From positions 2,204,880-2,268,879 of the forward strand of contig CM074810.1 of the NCBI GenBank assembly GCA_037447605.1: a DNA stretch of 64,000 nt, read 5' to 3'. A program made the position numbers and the translations under genes. Below, in pieces: positions 12,145 to 24,100 of the stretch. A model generated the notes under the pieces. That model did no database searches. It saw nothing but the letters and a program-made list of their open reading frames with translations, and was not told the DNA's origin. This DNA comes from Zygnema circumcarinatum SAG 698-1b. Taxonomy: Eukaryota > Plantae > Zygnematophyceae. Within the stretch, counting starts at the first letter, position 1; every line of letters begins with the position of its first letter.

Positions 12145-12513
12145 TAGGGATGGCCCGCGTTATAAATTCCGAATATATTATATACTTTACAACGGGTTTA
12201 AAATTAGTAATATATTACAAACTAAAACACTTTATTACATATATTATACCCACTCGTTTGAACACGACCGTACGAGTACGGTCGTACGGTCGTACCATAC
12301 CAAAATTAGGTCGTTTTGGCGTTGGCGTTGCGAAATGCGTTCGTCTGGTTTTCTTTCTGCTCGTGCTCGGGCCGCATAATACCGTACAGTCGTACGACCG
12401 TGTGACCGTACATGTTGTAAAGGCGTTGTAAATTAATATATATCAGCCGTTATCTAGTCGTCACAGTTGTATAATATAATATATATTATATAGTCGTAAC
12501 TAATCCATCCCTA
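12145..12513. mobile_element. hAT-family non-autonomous element (MITE), 369 bp
   Basis: TIR TAGGGATGG...CCATCCCTA (like the Ac TAGGGATG end). Perfect 8-bp TSD CTAGTGAT at 12137-12144 and 12514-12521. CGTAC/ACCGT-rich subterminal repeats. Confidence 0.9.
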
Positions 12514-12789
12514 CTAGTGATCCGTATATATCAAACGCGTGTATAATACGCGTATATAATACGCGTATAATACGCATAATTCCGACCGTTGCGCCTGCTG
12601 CCGCCGCCTCTGCCGCGGCCACGTGGCAGCCTCTTGTCGTTGTCTTTGCGTTTTCCTGTCGCGTGTCTTGCTGCATTGCTCTGTTTTTGTTGTTTGTGCT
12701 TCTTTTCGTTTTTTGTTTTTTGTTTTTGGTTGTTTTGCTGCTGTTTTGCTGCGGTTTTTTCTGTTCTAACGTTTCTCGCCTTGTTTTCT

Positions 12790-13660
12790 GACATTTTCTG
12801 CCGTAGCTTGTCTTGCTGTGTTGCGTTTTCCCTTTTGTCTCCCCCTTTGCGTCTCTTCGTCCTTGTGCTTCTTCTTTTTGAGCTGCTCTCGCCTTTTATG
12901 CCCTTTCCACCCTTTTTCTGCTGTTTTTCTCCTTCCTTTCCCTTATCCCTTCCCTTCGCCTCCCTGGTCCCTTCCCTTCCCTTCCTTTCCTTATTCCTCC
13001 ACCTCTGTTTCCCTATCCCTTCCCTTCCAATCCCTTCCTTTGTCCTGCCCCTTCCTTTTCCTTCTCCCCCCCCCCTTCTCATTTCCCCTCCCCTTCCCTT
13101 CTCCCTTCCCTTCCCTTCCCTCTTTCCTCCCCGTTTCTCCTCCTCTCCTTTCCTTTCCCTCCTCCCTTCCTTTCCCATCCCCTTCCTTTCCCGTATTCCC
13201 CCCTTTCTTCTCCCTTCTCTCTTCTCTTTCCTGTCCCTTCTCTTCCCTCCTCTTCCCTTCCCTTTCCTCCCCCCCCCCCGCCTCCTCTCCCTTTCTTTCC
13301 CTCCCCTTCCTCTACCCCTTCCCTTCCATCCCCTTCCCTTATCCTTTCCCCTTTCCCTTCTTTTCCGTACCCTTATTCCTCTCGCCATTCCTTTCCTTTC
13401 CTCTCCCTCCCCTTCCCGTCCCTTCCCTTCTCTTCCCTACCCTTCCCTCCCCTTTCTCCTCCCCGCCCACCCGCTTCCCTTCCCTCATCCATTCCCTTCT
13501 CCTTCGTCATGCCTCTTCGTCGCTCCTCTCGTTCCCCTTCCCCTTCCCACCCCCTTGCCTTGTCATCTGCTGTTGCTCTTCCCCCTCCTGTCCGTTCTTC
13601 CCCTCTTCCTTCTTCCCCTCCCGCTGCTCGCCCCAGGCCTCTCCCCCGGGTTCCTTGTGA
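12790..13660. repeat. Polypyrimidine (TTCCC/CCCTT-rich) low-complexity tract
   Basis: About 870 bp almost entirely C/T; it generates the spurious P/L/S/F and R/G/K/E ORFs in the track. Confidence 0.9.
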
Positions 13661-14278
13661 TCATTGTGGAAATTGTTTTGAAGTGAGGGGTGCCGGGTTT
13701 GTCGGCATATCGCAGCGTGTCCGCCGTCCTCCTCCATTGTCGACCCTTCTTCTACTCCCTCTTCTTCTCTACCACGTCACTTTGCCACCCACAGGTCTAC
13801 TTTGCATGTTGGGGCCTGAGATCCGGCTGCTTGGGGCGTATCTTTCGGTCTAGATGTCCTTACTTGGGTCGTTTTGTTGGGTCCGTCGTCCTGCGTGCTG
13901 CGGCTCGTATCCCACAGGCTTTGCGTGTTTGTGTTCGTGATGCTTTGCGTTTGCCTCTTGCTCGTCTTGCGTGTGATCCATCAGATATTGCTGCATGGCA
14001 TGTCCTTCTTCTTTTCCCCCTTTGGGTTTTAATTTTGCCTCCCCGTGGTGGGGCCAGCGCCGTTCGCGAGACCCGTCGGCGGTGTCTTCGTTTTTTGGGT
14101 GGGGATTGGGAGCTTTTGCAGGCCGAGCACGCTGATCGCATTCGTGCCCTGTCGGCGTCCGTCGCCACTCGCCCGCCCTCCCTTTCGGACGCCTCAGCTC
14201 GACATCGTCAGGCGGTTCAGTTAGGCCGATGCGGGGAGTTGTCTCGCACTGCTCGCGCTCTTCGACCCTTTACGCCCG
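13640..14278 (+). mobile_element. Degenerate non-LTR retrotransposon fragment (CRE/R2-like region upstream of RT), cut off by an N-gap
   Basis: Translates to ...RIPQALRVCVRDALRLPLARLACDPSDIAAWHVLLLFPLWVLILPPRGGASAVRETRRRCLRFLGGDWELLQ..., resembling the W-x-L-x2-FP-x3-L-x2-P-x-RGG...R-x3-F-x2-GDW motif I recall preceding the RT of CRE-clade elements. An upstream CDHCGNCF...H zinc-finger-like segment is in another frame. No RT motifs are visible. Confidence 0.6.
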
Positions 14279-14835
14279 NNNNNNNNNNTTTCTCTCTGTT
14301 ATTCCGCTGTGCATATTCTGAGAGGTTCACTCTGTGAGTAAAATGGGCTATGAGTGAATGTGAGAGTTTGGGAAATGTCATCATCGATTGGAACGCGAAC
14401 TCCGATGGAAGGTGATGCGAGTGGAGAAGCCGGCAGCAGTGGAGGAGTCCCTCCACCAACAGTGAATCGTTCGTCTCATCGATGATGCTATCATTATTAT
14501 TGAGATCAATCTGGTCAAGAATGTCGGCATCAACGCCAGCACCTGAGTTGTCACAAACGAGTGCACTATCTGGCATGAGGTTTGGATCGTCCAACAACCC
14601 ATCAAATCTGTATAGCTAAACAGTTCGAAAGCCTTTGCCCCTTCAATTCACGTCACTTGCTAAACACTCAACAAGTGTGACCTGACCCGTACCATTTCCG
14701 TACACCATCTCCGTACAAACATTCCATACAGTTCTATGTCCGATTGTCAACAGTTGCGTTTGGGTATCATACAGTGTATAATACTGTGTTAATGCGGTAT
14801 TATACATTGTATCGAACCTCAAGGGAGAAGGAATC

Positions 14836-14922
14836 GCATTGAACTCACGATGGCGAGGCCATCAAATGTACATGAACAAAAGCAGTATGAGGAACCACGA
14901 GGGACTGGACGCAAAAGGACCT
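14836..14922. repeat. Dispersed ~90-bp repeat, copy 1 (other copies at 21278-21364 and, truncated, at ~57186-57213)
   Basis: GCATTGA(A/T)CTCACGATGGCGA.GCCATCAA.TGTACATG.ACAAAA...GGAACCACGAGG.ACTGG.CGCAAA(A)GGACCT; roughly 80% identity by eye, followed by A-rich sequence. Confidence 0.75.
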
Positions 14923-16487
14923 AGGCGCAAAAGATAAAAAGAGCGGAGACCTAGGCGCAACAACGCAGCCCCTAGAAGCAGCCTCAAGGTGTATAGTACG
15001 GAACACTAGTGGAGGACTACTGAATGACTATATCGAGGTTCCATTACTCTGGGGCCTACTTTTTTTCTTCACATTGATTAAGGTGAAGGGATTCCTTTCA
15101 AACAAAAAAAATTACATTTCAGTGTCCAATTGCCTCTGCGAGGGGCGTGTTGCGTCACACAATCGTCAACCAAACGGAACTCCACGGAACTGGTTACGCC
15201 CGTAAGGTACGGATACCAGTGTAAGAAACGTGACCGTACCGTCCCTGCCTGCCGCTCAATTGGCTCCGTACAACCTAGCCCCGCGGTCGTTCGAGCAGCT
15301 TCGGGCCGTACGGAACCGTGTCGTATTCACACTGCTTGTTTGCTCCCGTCGCTAATTGTCATACATCAAAGTACAAATTTTGGTTGCCCATATTGTAAAA
15401 AAGTTACGAAACTGGTCCGTTCCGTCCGCACCAATTAGGGGAAGCAATCGAGCAAGACAAAAAGGAGGAAAGAAAAAAAAGCGGAAACTTTTTACCAGTG
15501 TGAACTTTTGTTTGAACTCAGTACTCTTTCACAGGCACATCGCGTTGTGTCCACAGTACTTTCACAATTAAATAAATGGAATATTTCCATTCTATCGATT
15601 TTCGAAGTCGAACATCGCCTACGATTCGAACCCGGTACCTGCTTTTGCAAAATGTGGCCTCAAAGCGATATCAAATGCTGTGCTGTTGAGACCGCCCCTC
15701 ACTGAAAAGGTTAAAGTTTTTCTTTTTCTTTTTAAGGTTTTTAGATGGAAAAGCGTTGCAAGTTTCTGGCAGTAAGCTTGTATGATCTCTCGCATGCAGA
15801 ATTCTGACAATCACATCATCCACCCTCTTACCATGAGCACTCCTCCCTCCTTTCCTCTCCGTGGGCCTTGTCAGTCTGGAAAAGGGAAACAGGGAATCAG
15901 GGAAAGGTGTACTATGAAACTAGTACGTGTTTCTCACCTTGTAATTCACAACAGCGGAGCGGAGAGTACTACTTTCAAAACACTTCCCCAGCCAACCCTA
16001 CTATTTTTCAAGATGGACAAGCCCTGATACTGCAGGACCTGAGCAATACCTGGCGGGAGTCGACGAAAAATTGTACAACAGAGGAGCCCTAAACAAGGTC
16101 ATGAAACCGACACGGTTGACTTAAGTAAAGCCTGCACAGACAGACAGACTCGATGCACTGAATCTGCACAGCCTTAGAAGCAATTTCATGCAGGAAGCAA
16201 ACTAGTGAGGCCCAGTAAGGTATTGCTGACCTCAAAAATTTCCGATAAATCACTTATTATTGGTTACCCACTTATACAAAAATCATAGAGTTTGGCCCGA
16301 AACCAGCCCTGTTGACTAAAAAATGGCACACTTGCAGCGAGAAGTACTGGAAACTGAGAACTAGGTCATAGATAGGCGGAAAATATCCCAGCCATTACAA
16401 TGGGAATGCTGCCAAGTCTATACGCATTATCGCGAAAATAATGCATGTATTCGGCAATCTGCCTAGACCGACTCGCCAGCAAATCTT

Positions 16488-17045
16488 CTAATCTTCTTCG
16501 CTCACGCAGCACGGGCACATGCACTTAATGCAGCACTCGCATGTCTCGTAGCAGAGGAAGCAGCAACAGCAGGTGAACATCCTGAAAAAAAGCAAAAAAA
16601 GCAGCACAAATATCAGTAGATATTTAAGGAAAGGATGTCTCAGGAACCACAAGCTATTAGTGTCAGGGAGAAACAAATAGCATTTTCAGCGATGCGGGCA
16701 AAAGAACACTAGCAAATCAAAGAGCATTCGCAGAAGCAATTTAATTCGTAAGGTAGAACAGAACATATATAGAGGGCCTTCCCACACTGCGATGAAGAAG
16801 AGGCACGACAGGCATCAATCATCAACAGAATGAGGCGATACAGGCATCAGATTTCCTACTGACAATCCCATCCGAAGACCTTAATCTGCGGCAGACAATT
16901 ATTTCAAAGAGATCTAACTCTTTCTATTCAGATATCATTGGATTACTCACAACGCGTAGAGGCAACCGTGCTTGTTCTTTCGCTCCTCTACAACTTCCCG
17001 AGCACCGAGCCTGGTATACATCTGCTGGTCAGTAGGGGCATCCAT
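16488..17045 (-). CDS. CDT1: CYSTM / cadmium tolerance 1 (CDT1)-type small cysteine-rich peptide, 62 aa
   Basis: Exons 17045-16951 and 16581-16488 give MDAPTDQQMYTRLGAREVVEERKNKHGCLYAL|MFTCCCCFLCYETCECCIKCMCPCCVSEED*. This matches the CDT1 pattern KGCLYACxFxxxCCFCCYETCECC. Confidence 0.9.
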
Positions 17046-17789
17046 GGCTGCTGATGTAAGTTAACCTGCACAATGAGGGAACACACATAATGGCATCAAA
17101 AAAATGGACGGAGAGACAGCTCAACCAGACCCATCATCGACCAGTTCCTGCTACTCAACCATGAAGAGATGAAATCTCCTCAAACATCCAAAAAAAAGGG
17201 AAGGCCACGCATCACCATCGTATTCAAGGAAGTCAATGCTGTGCAAAGGATCACAACAGAACTCTTCCAAAGCCGACAAGCTACATCAGTATAATGTTTC
17301 GATTGTGAATGAATCTGCTGCTCGCACACGAACAGTCCCATGAGAAAACGCCATCGAGTCACATTGGATGCTTAGATAGCTGTCCATTATCAGCTCATTG
17401 ATGCAGACACAGTACAATCTTGCCTAACAGGCAAAACAAAATATTTTTCTAAAGCATCCAGCGATGCACGAATGCATTCTGCAAACAAAAGCGCATCCAA
17501 TAAACACACCATGCACGCAAGCAAGCAAGCAAGCCAGCCAGTCAGCTCCCAAATACATACGCAGACTAGAAATCAGCTCCTCAAAAATGAACATTGCAGT
17601 CCATTGTTAACTCCTTCTGACCTTTGAATGTGCAGGACTCTGTGCAGGATTTGGACCAGCAAAAAAGCTTGCAGGAGAGCTTCAAACTTCGGTCACTGCA
17701 AATGGCGACGCGAGCTTAAGGAGGGTCCAGGGGCCCCCTCCTTCCTCCAATGAGACCAGACAGTCGAGCGCCGACCAATGAAGGTCTGT

Positions 17790-18284
17790 CACGTGTACCA
17801 ATTTCATACGTGGCGCCTGGCCATTGCTGGATCTGGTCCTTCTGTTATAAATTAGAATCCGTACTGCAGACGGGAGCAGTCCGACGTTTTTTCGTCGTTC
17901 TGACAAGAATGTACGATAGGGAATATTTTGTACAGTACTTATTCAAACTTGGTCGTGGGACTGTCAACGTGGCGGCACGAGATTGGTCTTTTTTGACGGT
18001 TTTTCTTGTTGATAGGGATGGTGCCACGTGGCAGCATATTCTTGGTCAATTCTCCGCCTCCCTTGAAAACAAGATTCTTTTTTCCGAGGAAAATTTTCCG
18101 GAAAGTGCACCCTCCACGTCGGATCAAATGTTTACGTGGCAGCATTGGATTGGCTGTAGGCATCAAATTTGTGCCCTTATTGGCCTAAATGGAAAACTCG
18201 CACTAAAGCCTAAATTCGAAAGCCAACTCATTCTCTCTAAAAAAATCTCTATTTTAATGTGGGCCAATATGAAGTTGCCACGTA
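17790..18284. promoter_or_regulatory. Cluster of G-box/ABRE-like ACGTGGC motifs upstream of the CDT1-like gene
   Basis: CACGTG at 17790; TACGTGGC at 17807; AACGTGGC at 17966; palindromic GCCACGTGGC at 18023; TACGTGGC at 18133; GCCACGTA at 18277. Confidence 0.45.
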
Positions 18285-18933
18285 AATAACAATTTATGGC
18301 AGATATTTGGACGGAGCAGTTCCATGTCATATCCTTGTTTGGACACGCGTTTTACGGCGGTATTGTTCCGTGTTTCCATGGAAGCGCCTCGTGATACTGA
18401 AAATCTTACTGCCAGTAATACGGTGCTTAGATCCTCCACAGGGAATGCCACATGGAGATGGTCATGTGACGCGCCGCCAGTAGAACGGCCAGCACAGTAA
18501 CTGGTGTCTAGTTTCCAACATGGAAACGGACAACGCTTAGAAAACGTAGTGAGGGACGCAGTTCCGTAAGCACAAAATACAGAATACTGGAAATTGCAAA
18601 CTGCGAACTGCAAACTGCAAACTCAAACTGGAACTGGCACTAAAACTGGTAGTGCAACTGCAACTGAAACTGGCTTTTCCCAGAACGTTCCTTTCTGAGG
18701 AACTGGCTGCAAATTTTAGAATAGGACAATGATGCTGCGAGAAAAGCGCCTACATTAGGCGGCCTTCATTCATAAATAACTCATTCTCCAAACAAATAAA
18801 AAGGCATGCAACTGTATGACTGCTGTCCTACAGCGTTTTGTAGAAAAATGTCTGGAAGAGAAGAATTATAATTTAGAACACAAGCTTCATACTTAAATGA
18901 AGTCAGCAACCTTCATCGCCGGCTCCTCCTCCT

Positions 18934-21900
18934 TCAGTCCTTGGCCTTGCGCTTACGATTGCTGCCCGTCCTCCTGCTCTCGCTTGCAGCACCCAATCGC
19001 TGCAGCTTCTTCAACATCGAAGATGCTTCGTCGAACCCCCCTGCGTCTTCCTGCATTCAACCTCCATCAAAATAGGTGGTTACAGATGCAACGCAACTGG
19101 AATGCAGAGGGGAAAGAGAGAGAGAGAGAGAGAGAGGAGAGGAGAGGAGAGGGGATCGAGCTAACATCATTCTTTCGAAGCAACTGAAAGCATGAATCAT
19201 TCAGCACGATTTCTTGCCATGGCTTCTGGGAGCAGTCATGTACCCTTTTTCAAACTGTTCCGAAAGGATTTCCTCTAAAAAGTTAACCTTTCACTCAAGA
19301 AATGGAGAGGGGAATATAAATTTGATACTCACCAATGTTTCCGCAATGATAACAGAGTCAAAGCCCGGAAAGAGAGACTGCAAATTTCGTATGTCCTCTT
19401 CTTGTCCAACGCCGCCGCTTTCCTTTTCCGACATCATGTCTGCATTTGCTTGCTCTCCTGAATCTATGGCTGCTTCAATAGGTTGCAACAGGTCCTCAGC
19501 CGTAGTTTCTCCGGAATTCCCATCAGGTCCATTTTCCTCTCGTAAATCTGTTTCAGTTGGCAATTCTGTATCCTCATCAGATTTGGCACCTTCTACTGTT
19601 TCCAGTTCTGACCTTCCGTTGGCCCCTGCTTCAGTTTGCTCATCCAGGTTGACCTCCTGTTCTTGCTCTGCGTTCTTCTTCAAAGTCTCAATGATGTCAA
19701 CCATCTCCAAATTGACCTGCAACATGAAAGAATTGCTCTTTCACATAAGGCTCATCCAGATAAGAAATAGGGAAAGGGAAGGGTAGGGAAAGGGTTGTCA
19801 AGTTCCAACTCTTATAACTCACCTTCAACTTTTGAAGCATTTCAGAAATGTCAACGCCGCATTTTGATGCAGGGCATGGTTTCACCACTTTCTGTATCCG
19901 AAGATTTCTTCCACTCGGTCCACGGTTCCTTACTGTTGGCTCACTGTTAAACTTGGTTTCCAGACATGACTTGCAGAAGTTATGTCCGCAGGGAGTGGAA
20001 ACAGGAAAGTTCAACACCTTTCCACAAACCTTGCATCCGAATTCTGCCGCCACTCATCAAGGACACATCCATCGACATTAAAACATGAATGAGCTCTGCT
20101 TCAATTCTGATGTTTGCCATAAGAAACATCACAATCTTACACCATTGTTTTCACATTCCATTCCAGCTGGGAGAACCCTATAGGCTACAAACTGCAATAG
20201 TCATGAAGGCTTGGCATCGGCTAAGAGCATCTGCCGGCGGATAAACATTAGGGAGCAAGCAGCACGACCAACAGTAAACCGCTAAAAGCAGCACATGCAA
20301 GAACAGCAGCACTAGGGTTCTTACTGCAACAATAGTGAGATTGGTCCCGGCATTGAATTTTAGTGCAACTGTAGCCTTCAGAGGCTTAGCATTGCTTTAA
20401 GGGAAGACGACACTTCAAATAAGAGAGGTTGAAGAACACACCTTTCAACAAACGCTGCTGAACTGTCAATTGCTTGCGTTTGGTGACAGAAGGAGAAGCC
20501 CCTGTCCCCCCAAGCTTCCTGCTGGAAGGTGGTTCGCATGTCCAACCCCAACAGCCTTCTTCTTCCTGAAACAAATTACTGTACAAAATTAGCATGACAA
20601 GATCGGACGAGTAAAGCTGCAGGAACTCTCTCATCTATAACATGGCATACACGAATGATTTGTAATGAAACTCTTCGAGCTTGGTTACAGCCTTTTTCAG
20701 AAAATAACTAGATAACAATAAAGAAACTTGAAGATGGCAATTCGGTGAGGGTCAATCCGTACCTTCCAGTCCCAAGCAGGCTTTCCCTTTCTTGTAGTGA
20801 TGTCTTTAGCTTTTGCCAGCTCTGATATTTTTGGTAGTTCTCTAGGACAATCGCCGTGCTCATCACTGCATTCAGAAGGTAGACGCAGTAGAATGACAAG
20901 CTAGGACTCGTGTGCACAGCAATTGACATGCCCAGCATCTTTCACTTTAGGAGTGTAGCTGACTCCTTCCCTGTTTGTTTCTCTCGACAGACCAAAGTGG
21001 AAAAGGAACAACATCCTTTACGTCAGCAATTCTATGACTAATCACTCTCTCAACTTGCCTACCTCACCTAAATGGTTTGAAGCAGGAAGTTGTTCGTACC
21101 TGGTCCAAGGCGCTGGCTCGTTATCACATCTCACAAAGAGATATCGACAAACCAGGTGACCCTGTTTACCATGGAATTGTCTTCAGTATAAAGGAGGAAG
21201 CTAATAAAAAACCTCCTAGAGGATGTCACTGATCTGATGCATAAGGACTGAAGACCAACAAACAGACGGAGATGTGGCATTGATCTCACGATGGCGATGC
21301 CATCAATTGTACATGGACAAAATCATCAAGGGGAACCACGAGGAACTGGTCGCAAAGGACCTGAGGACAAACAACAAACCAATAAAACCGTTCAATAGCA
21401 TTTGGCACTGTATTCGACCACAATGGGCCTTCAAGTTAACTTACCCCTGCACCTTGTTTTCGCCAGCACTGCTCAATACGGTAAATGCCATCATATCGCA
21501 CGCCCGACTCCGGTGCATAACTCGAACGCTTTTCCTTGTGAGACCTGCATAAGTTTAAAGTGGCAAGCCTTTTTGAGAAATAATTCCAGAACTTCATTTG
21601 TAGGCTTAAAGGCCAGCACTTCAGGTGGCTGCCATGTAAGAGCTTGCAGTGTAACAAGTTTCTCCTCACATATTTGTTCAGCTCGTCCTCTCAAACCAAG
21701 GACCAAGGCCCCTCTACCTGATTACCCGTACAGGGTAACCCTTCCGACAGCTGACCCGCAACGCTTCATTGGCGCTGTCAAAACTTTGGTCAAAAGAGTG
21801 CGTCTTGTTGGTTCGCTTGTTTCCACTCAAGTCTCGACCACCACTGCCATCAGAGTGAGCATCTCTGTAAGACATAGCTGTAAGATACAACAGCCGCAAA

Positions 21901-23612
21901 GAAATGCATGTCTCAAAGTTAACAATGCATGTTTCAAAGAATCGACCTTGGAACGTGAAGTTGCCCAAATGCTCATTCAGCTTTCCTGGTTTGAGTTGAG
22001 CCTGGTCTCCTAAAAACTTTACCACACCTTCCTGTGTATAGGAAGTACTCCCCCATATCCATATCGTCCTCGTAACCGCCTGACAATGCAACAGATTGCG
22101 CCCCATAATCTGACTGCCCAGCAATGCCTGCAACATGTGGGAAATGTGCTCCCCACTGGCGGCATTCCATGCGATCCTCCCACGTTTCACCGACCATCAC
22201 GCCTTGGCCTCTCTGAGGATCAAACTCCTTTGTTATGGGTCCAAAGTGGTCGGGCGCAATAGTCACAAAAATGCGACCGCTGCAGGCATTGGCTTTGCCG
22301 CTCTTGACAGCACGTTCTGAAGTGAACGCCTTCTCAGGCCGCTGCTCATTTGCAATTCGTTGATGCTCTTTATACATCTCACTTTTCTCGCTTTTTGATC
22401 CGGAAGCTGAAGCTGCCTTCGCAAGCCGGACGGCGACCACCAGAGTAGAGTTGATACGAGGCTGGGAGGCCAGTTTTGGAGGGATGACTGCGCGGCATTT
22501 TGCACAGGTTCGTTTGCCTTGACCTATCCACCTTGTAAAACATTTGAGGCAAAAATTGTGTCCGCAGGCGGTCTGTGGCGTTCAAACAAAGTGGAAGTTA
22601 GGCCCTCCCACCTACATGCATCGTCTGCTGCGTAGTTATTTTGCAATGTAGTCCACGAATCAACCTTGGAAGACCTTGTCGTCTCTCGCTCTCTCTCCCT
22701 CGCAATCACTTTCCCCACTCTCTCCCTGTCGGTCTCTCTCTCCCTCTCTCACACCTTGTCAACAATGGCTAACTCCAAACAAAAAAAAAGGGGAAAAAGA
22801 GAGCTGCCATGTGCATTTTGCGACCTATGAAGCTCAACGGTCTCACGGATAGTTGTTACTGCGTTGATTTCCTTACTTCGCAGTACTATGGCTTAACCAG
22901 GAGGGGTTGCATAGGTTCTATTCGCTGTGAAAGGCATCATTTATAGAAAAATAAGGTATATTATCCATAGTGTTGCGCTGAAGAGCAGGCCAAGTGCCAC
23001 CGAAACGCAAGCATTTCGCCAATCCATTCAGAGCTCCCACAAAAACGACCCACTTACCGTAACAGGCCGATCAACAAGCTGTAAACAGATCGAGCAGTTC
23101 AGTTTGTCGTCCAAAATATTCGGTACAGCGTCGCTCTTCACTGCCGCCTTGGGAGGATCCTCTCCCTCTCCCTCTGCCTTGCCCTTTCCACGACCAGTTG
23201 TCCGCCTCCTCTTCCCAGACCCTCCCTCCTCATTTCCTATCGTACCTGAAGAATCCGCAGAGAAAATATCCTGCCTCTGTCTCGCCTTCTCCTCCTCTGT
23301 CAAGCTGTCATCCGCCTGAATGGCTCTCGCTTTTGCTACCAGACTGCCTGCAGGCAGAGCCGATGCAAGAAGTTGTTGCTGCTGCTGCACAGAGGCAGCT
23401 CCCTCCAAGCCACTCCCTGTAGTGCCCATGCTGCAGTCAGGACATTTCCAGTCATGGAGGGAGGCCTCTCCTGCAGCGGAGGTGGAGAGGCAGGCGGCGT
23501 GCCAAGGGCTGCTGCAGCTGCTGCACACGAGGCACTCTTCTTCCGGTGGAGTGCCATGGCACTTCATGCACTCGCCGTCCGTGTCCAGGGGCAGTTCTAG
23601 CACGGCCGCCAT
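18934..23612 (-). CDS. VIM1/ORTH: VIM/ORTHRUS (UHRF1-like) E3 ligase: PHD-RING-SRA-RING plus acidic linker and CUE-like C-terminus
   Basis: Exons 23612-23058, 22572-22028, 21843-21718, 21544-21445, 21161-21100, 20865-20763, 20565-20442, 20043-19823, 19716-19333, 19050-18934. PHD: CMKC...CSSCSSPWHAACL...WKCPDC. RING: CSICLQLVDRPVTTACGHNFC. SRA: ECRQWGAHFPHVAGIAGQSDYGAQSVALSGGYEDD...FLYTGSGGRDLSGNKRT...VCRYLFVRCDNEPAPW. RING2: CKVC...TPCGHNFC. Confidence 0.95.
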
Positions 23613-23809
23613 GGCTGCTAGGGGCTCCTCCTCCCTCTCCCTCGCTCGCTCTCTCCCTCTCTCCCTCTCACTCCCTGCGAGGGAGGGAGGGCGGGAGAGG
23701 GACCCAAAATTGGCCTCCGTTCACTTTCAAAAAGTGGACTGCATCACGAAGGTTTGAAAGTGGCCAAATTCTTTCAGCCGGCGGGAATTGGTTGGCTGAC
23801 TTATCAACC

Positions 23810-24100
23810 AAGCCAAGCCAAGCCAGGCCAAGCCAAGCCAAGCTAAGCTAAGCCATGCCAAGCCAAGCCAAGTCAAGCCAAGCCAAGCTAAGCCAAGCCA
23901 AGCCAAGCCAATCGAAGTCAAGCCAAGCTAAGCCACGTCAAGCAAGCCAAGCCAAGCCAAGCCAAGTCAAGCCAAGCCAAGCCAAGCCAAGCCAAGCCAA
24001 GCCAAGCCAAGCCAAGCCAAGCTAAGTTAAGTCAAGCCAAGTCAAGTCAAGCTAAAGCCAAGCGAAGCCACGCCAAGCCAAGCCAAGCCGAGCCAAGCCA
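23810..24100. repeat. (AAGCC/AAGTC/AAGCT)n pentanucleotide tandem repeat between the divergent VIM and SURP genes
   Basis: About 55-60 units of gccaa with variants; it gives the spurious LAWLG ORF. Confidence 0.95.

Noticed and set aside
12531-13686. Long ORFs of 280-365 aa (12531-13388, 12589-13686, 12818-13660)
   Set aside because: Products of the stop-poor polypyrimidine tract; low-complexity P/L/S/F or R/G/K/E with no domain.
14300-14610. Acidic minus-strand ORF (LDDPNLMPDSALVCDNSGAGVDADILDQ...)
   Set aside because: Has a plausible acceptor but no recognisable domain or partner exons; next to an N-gap, so it cannot be assigned.
23810-24100. Possible CRISPR-like or regularly spaced array
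   Set aside because: Simple 5-mer tandem repeat without unique spacers; eukaryotic context; no CRISPR array anywhere in the window.
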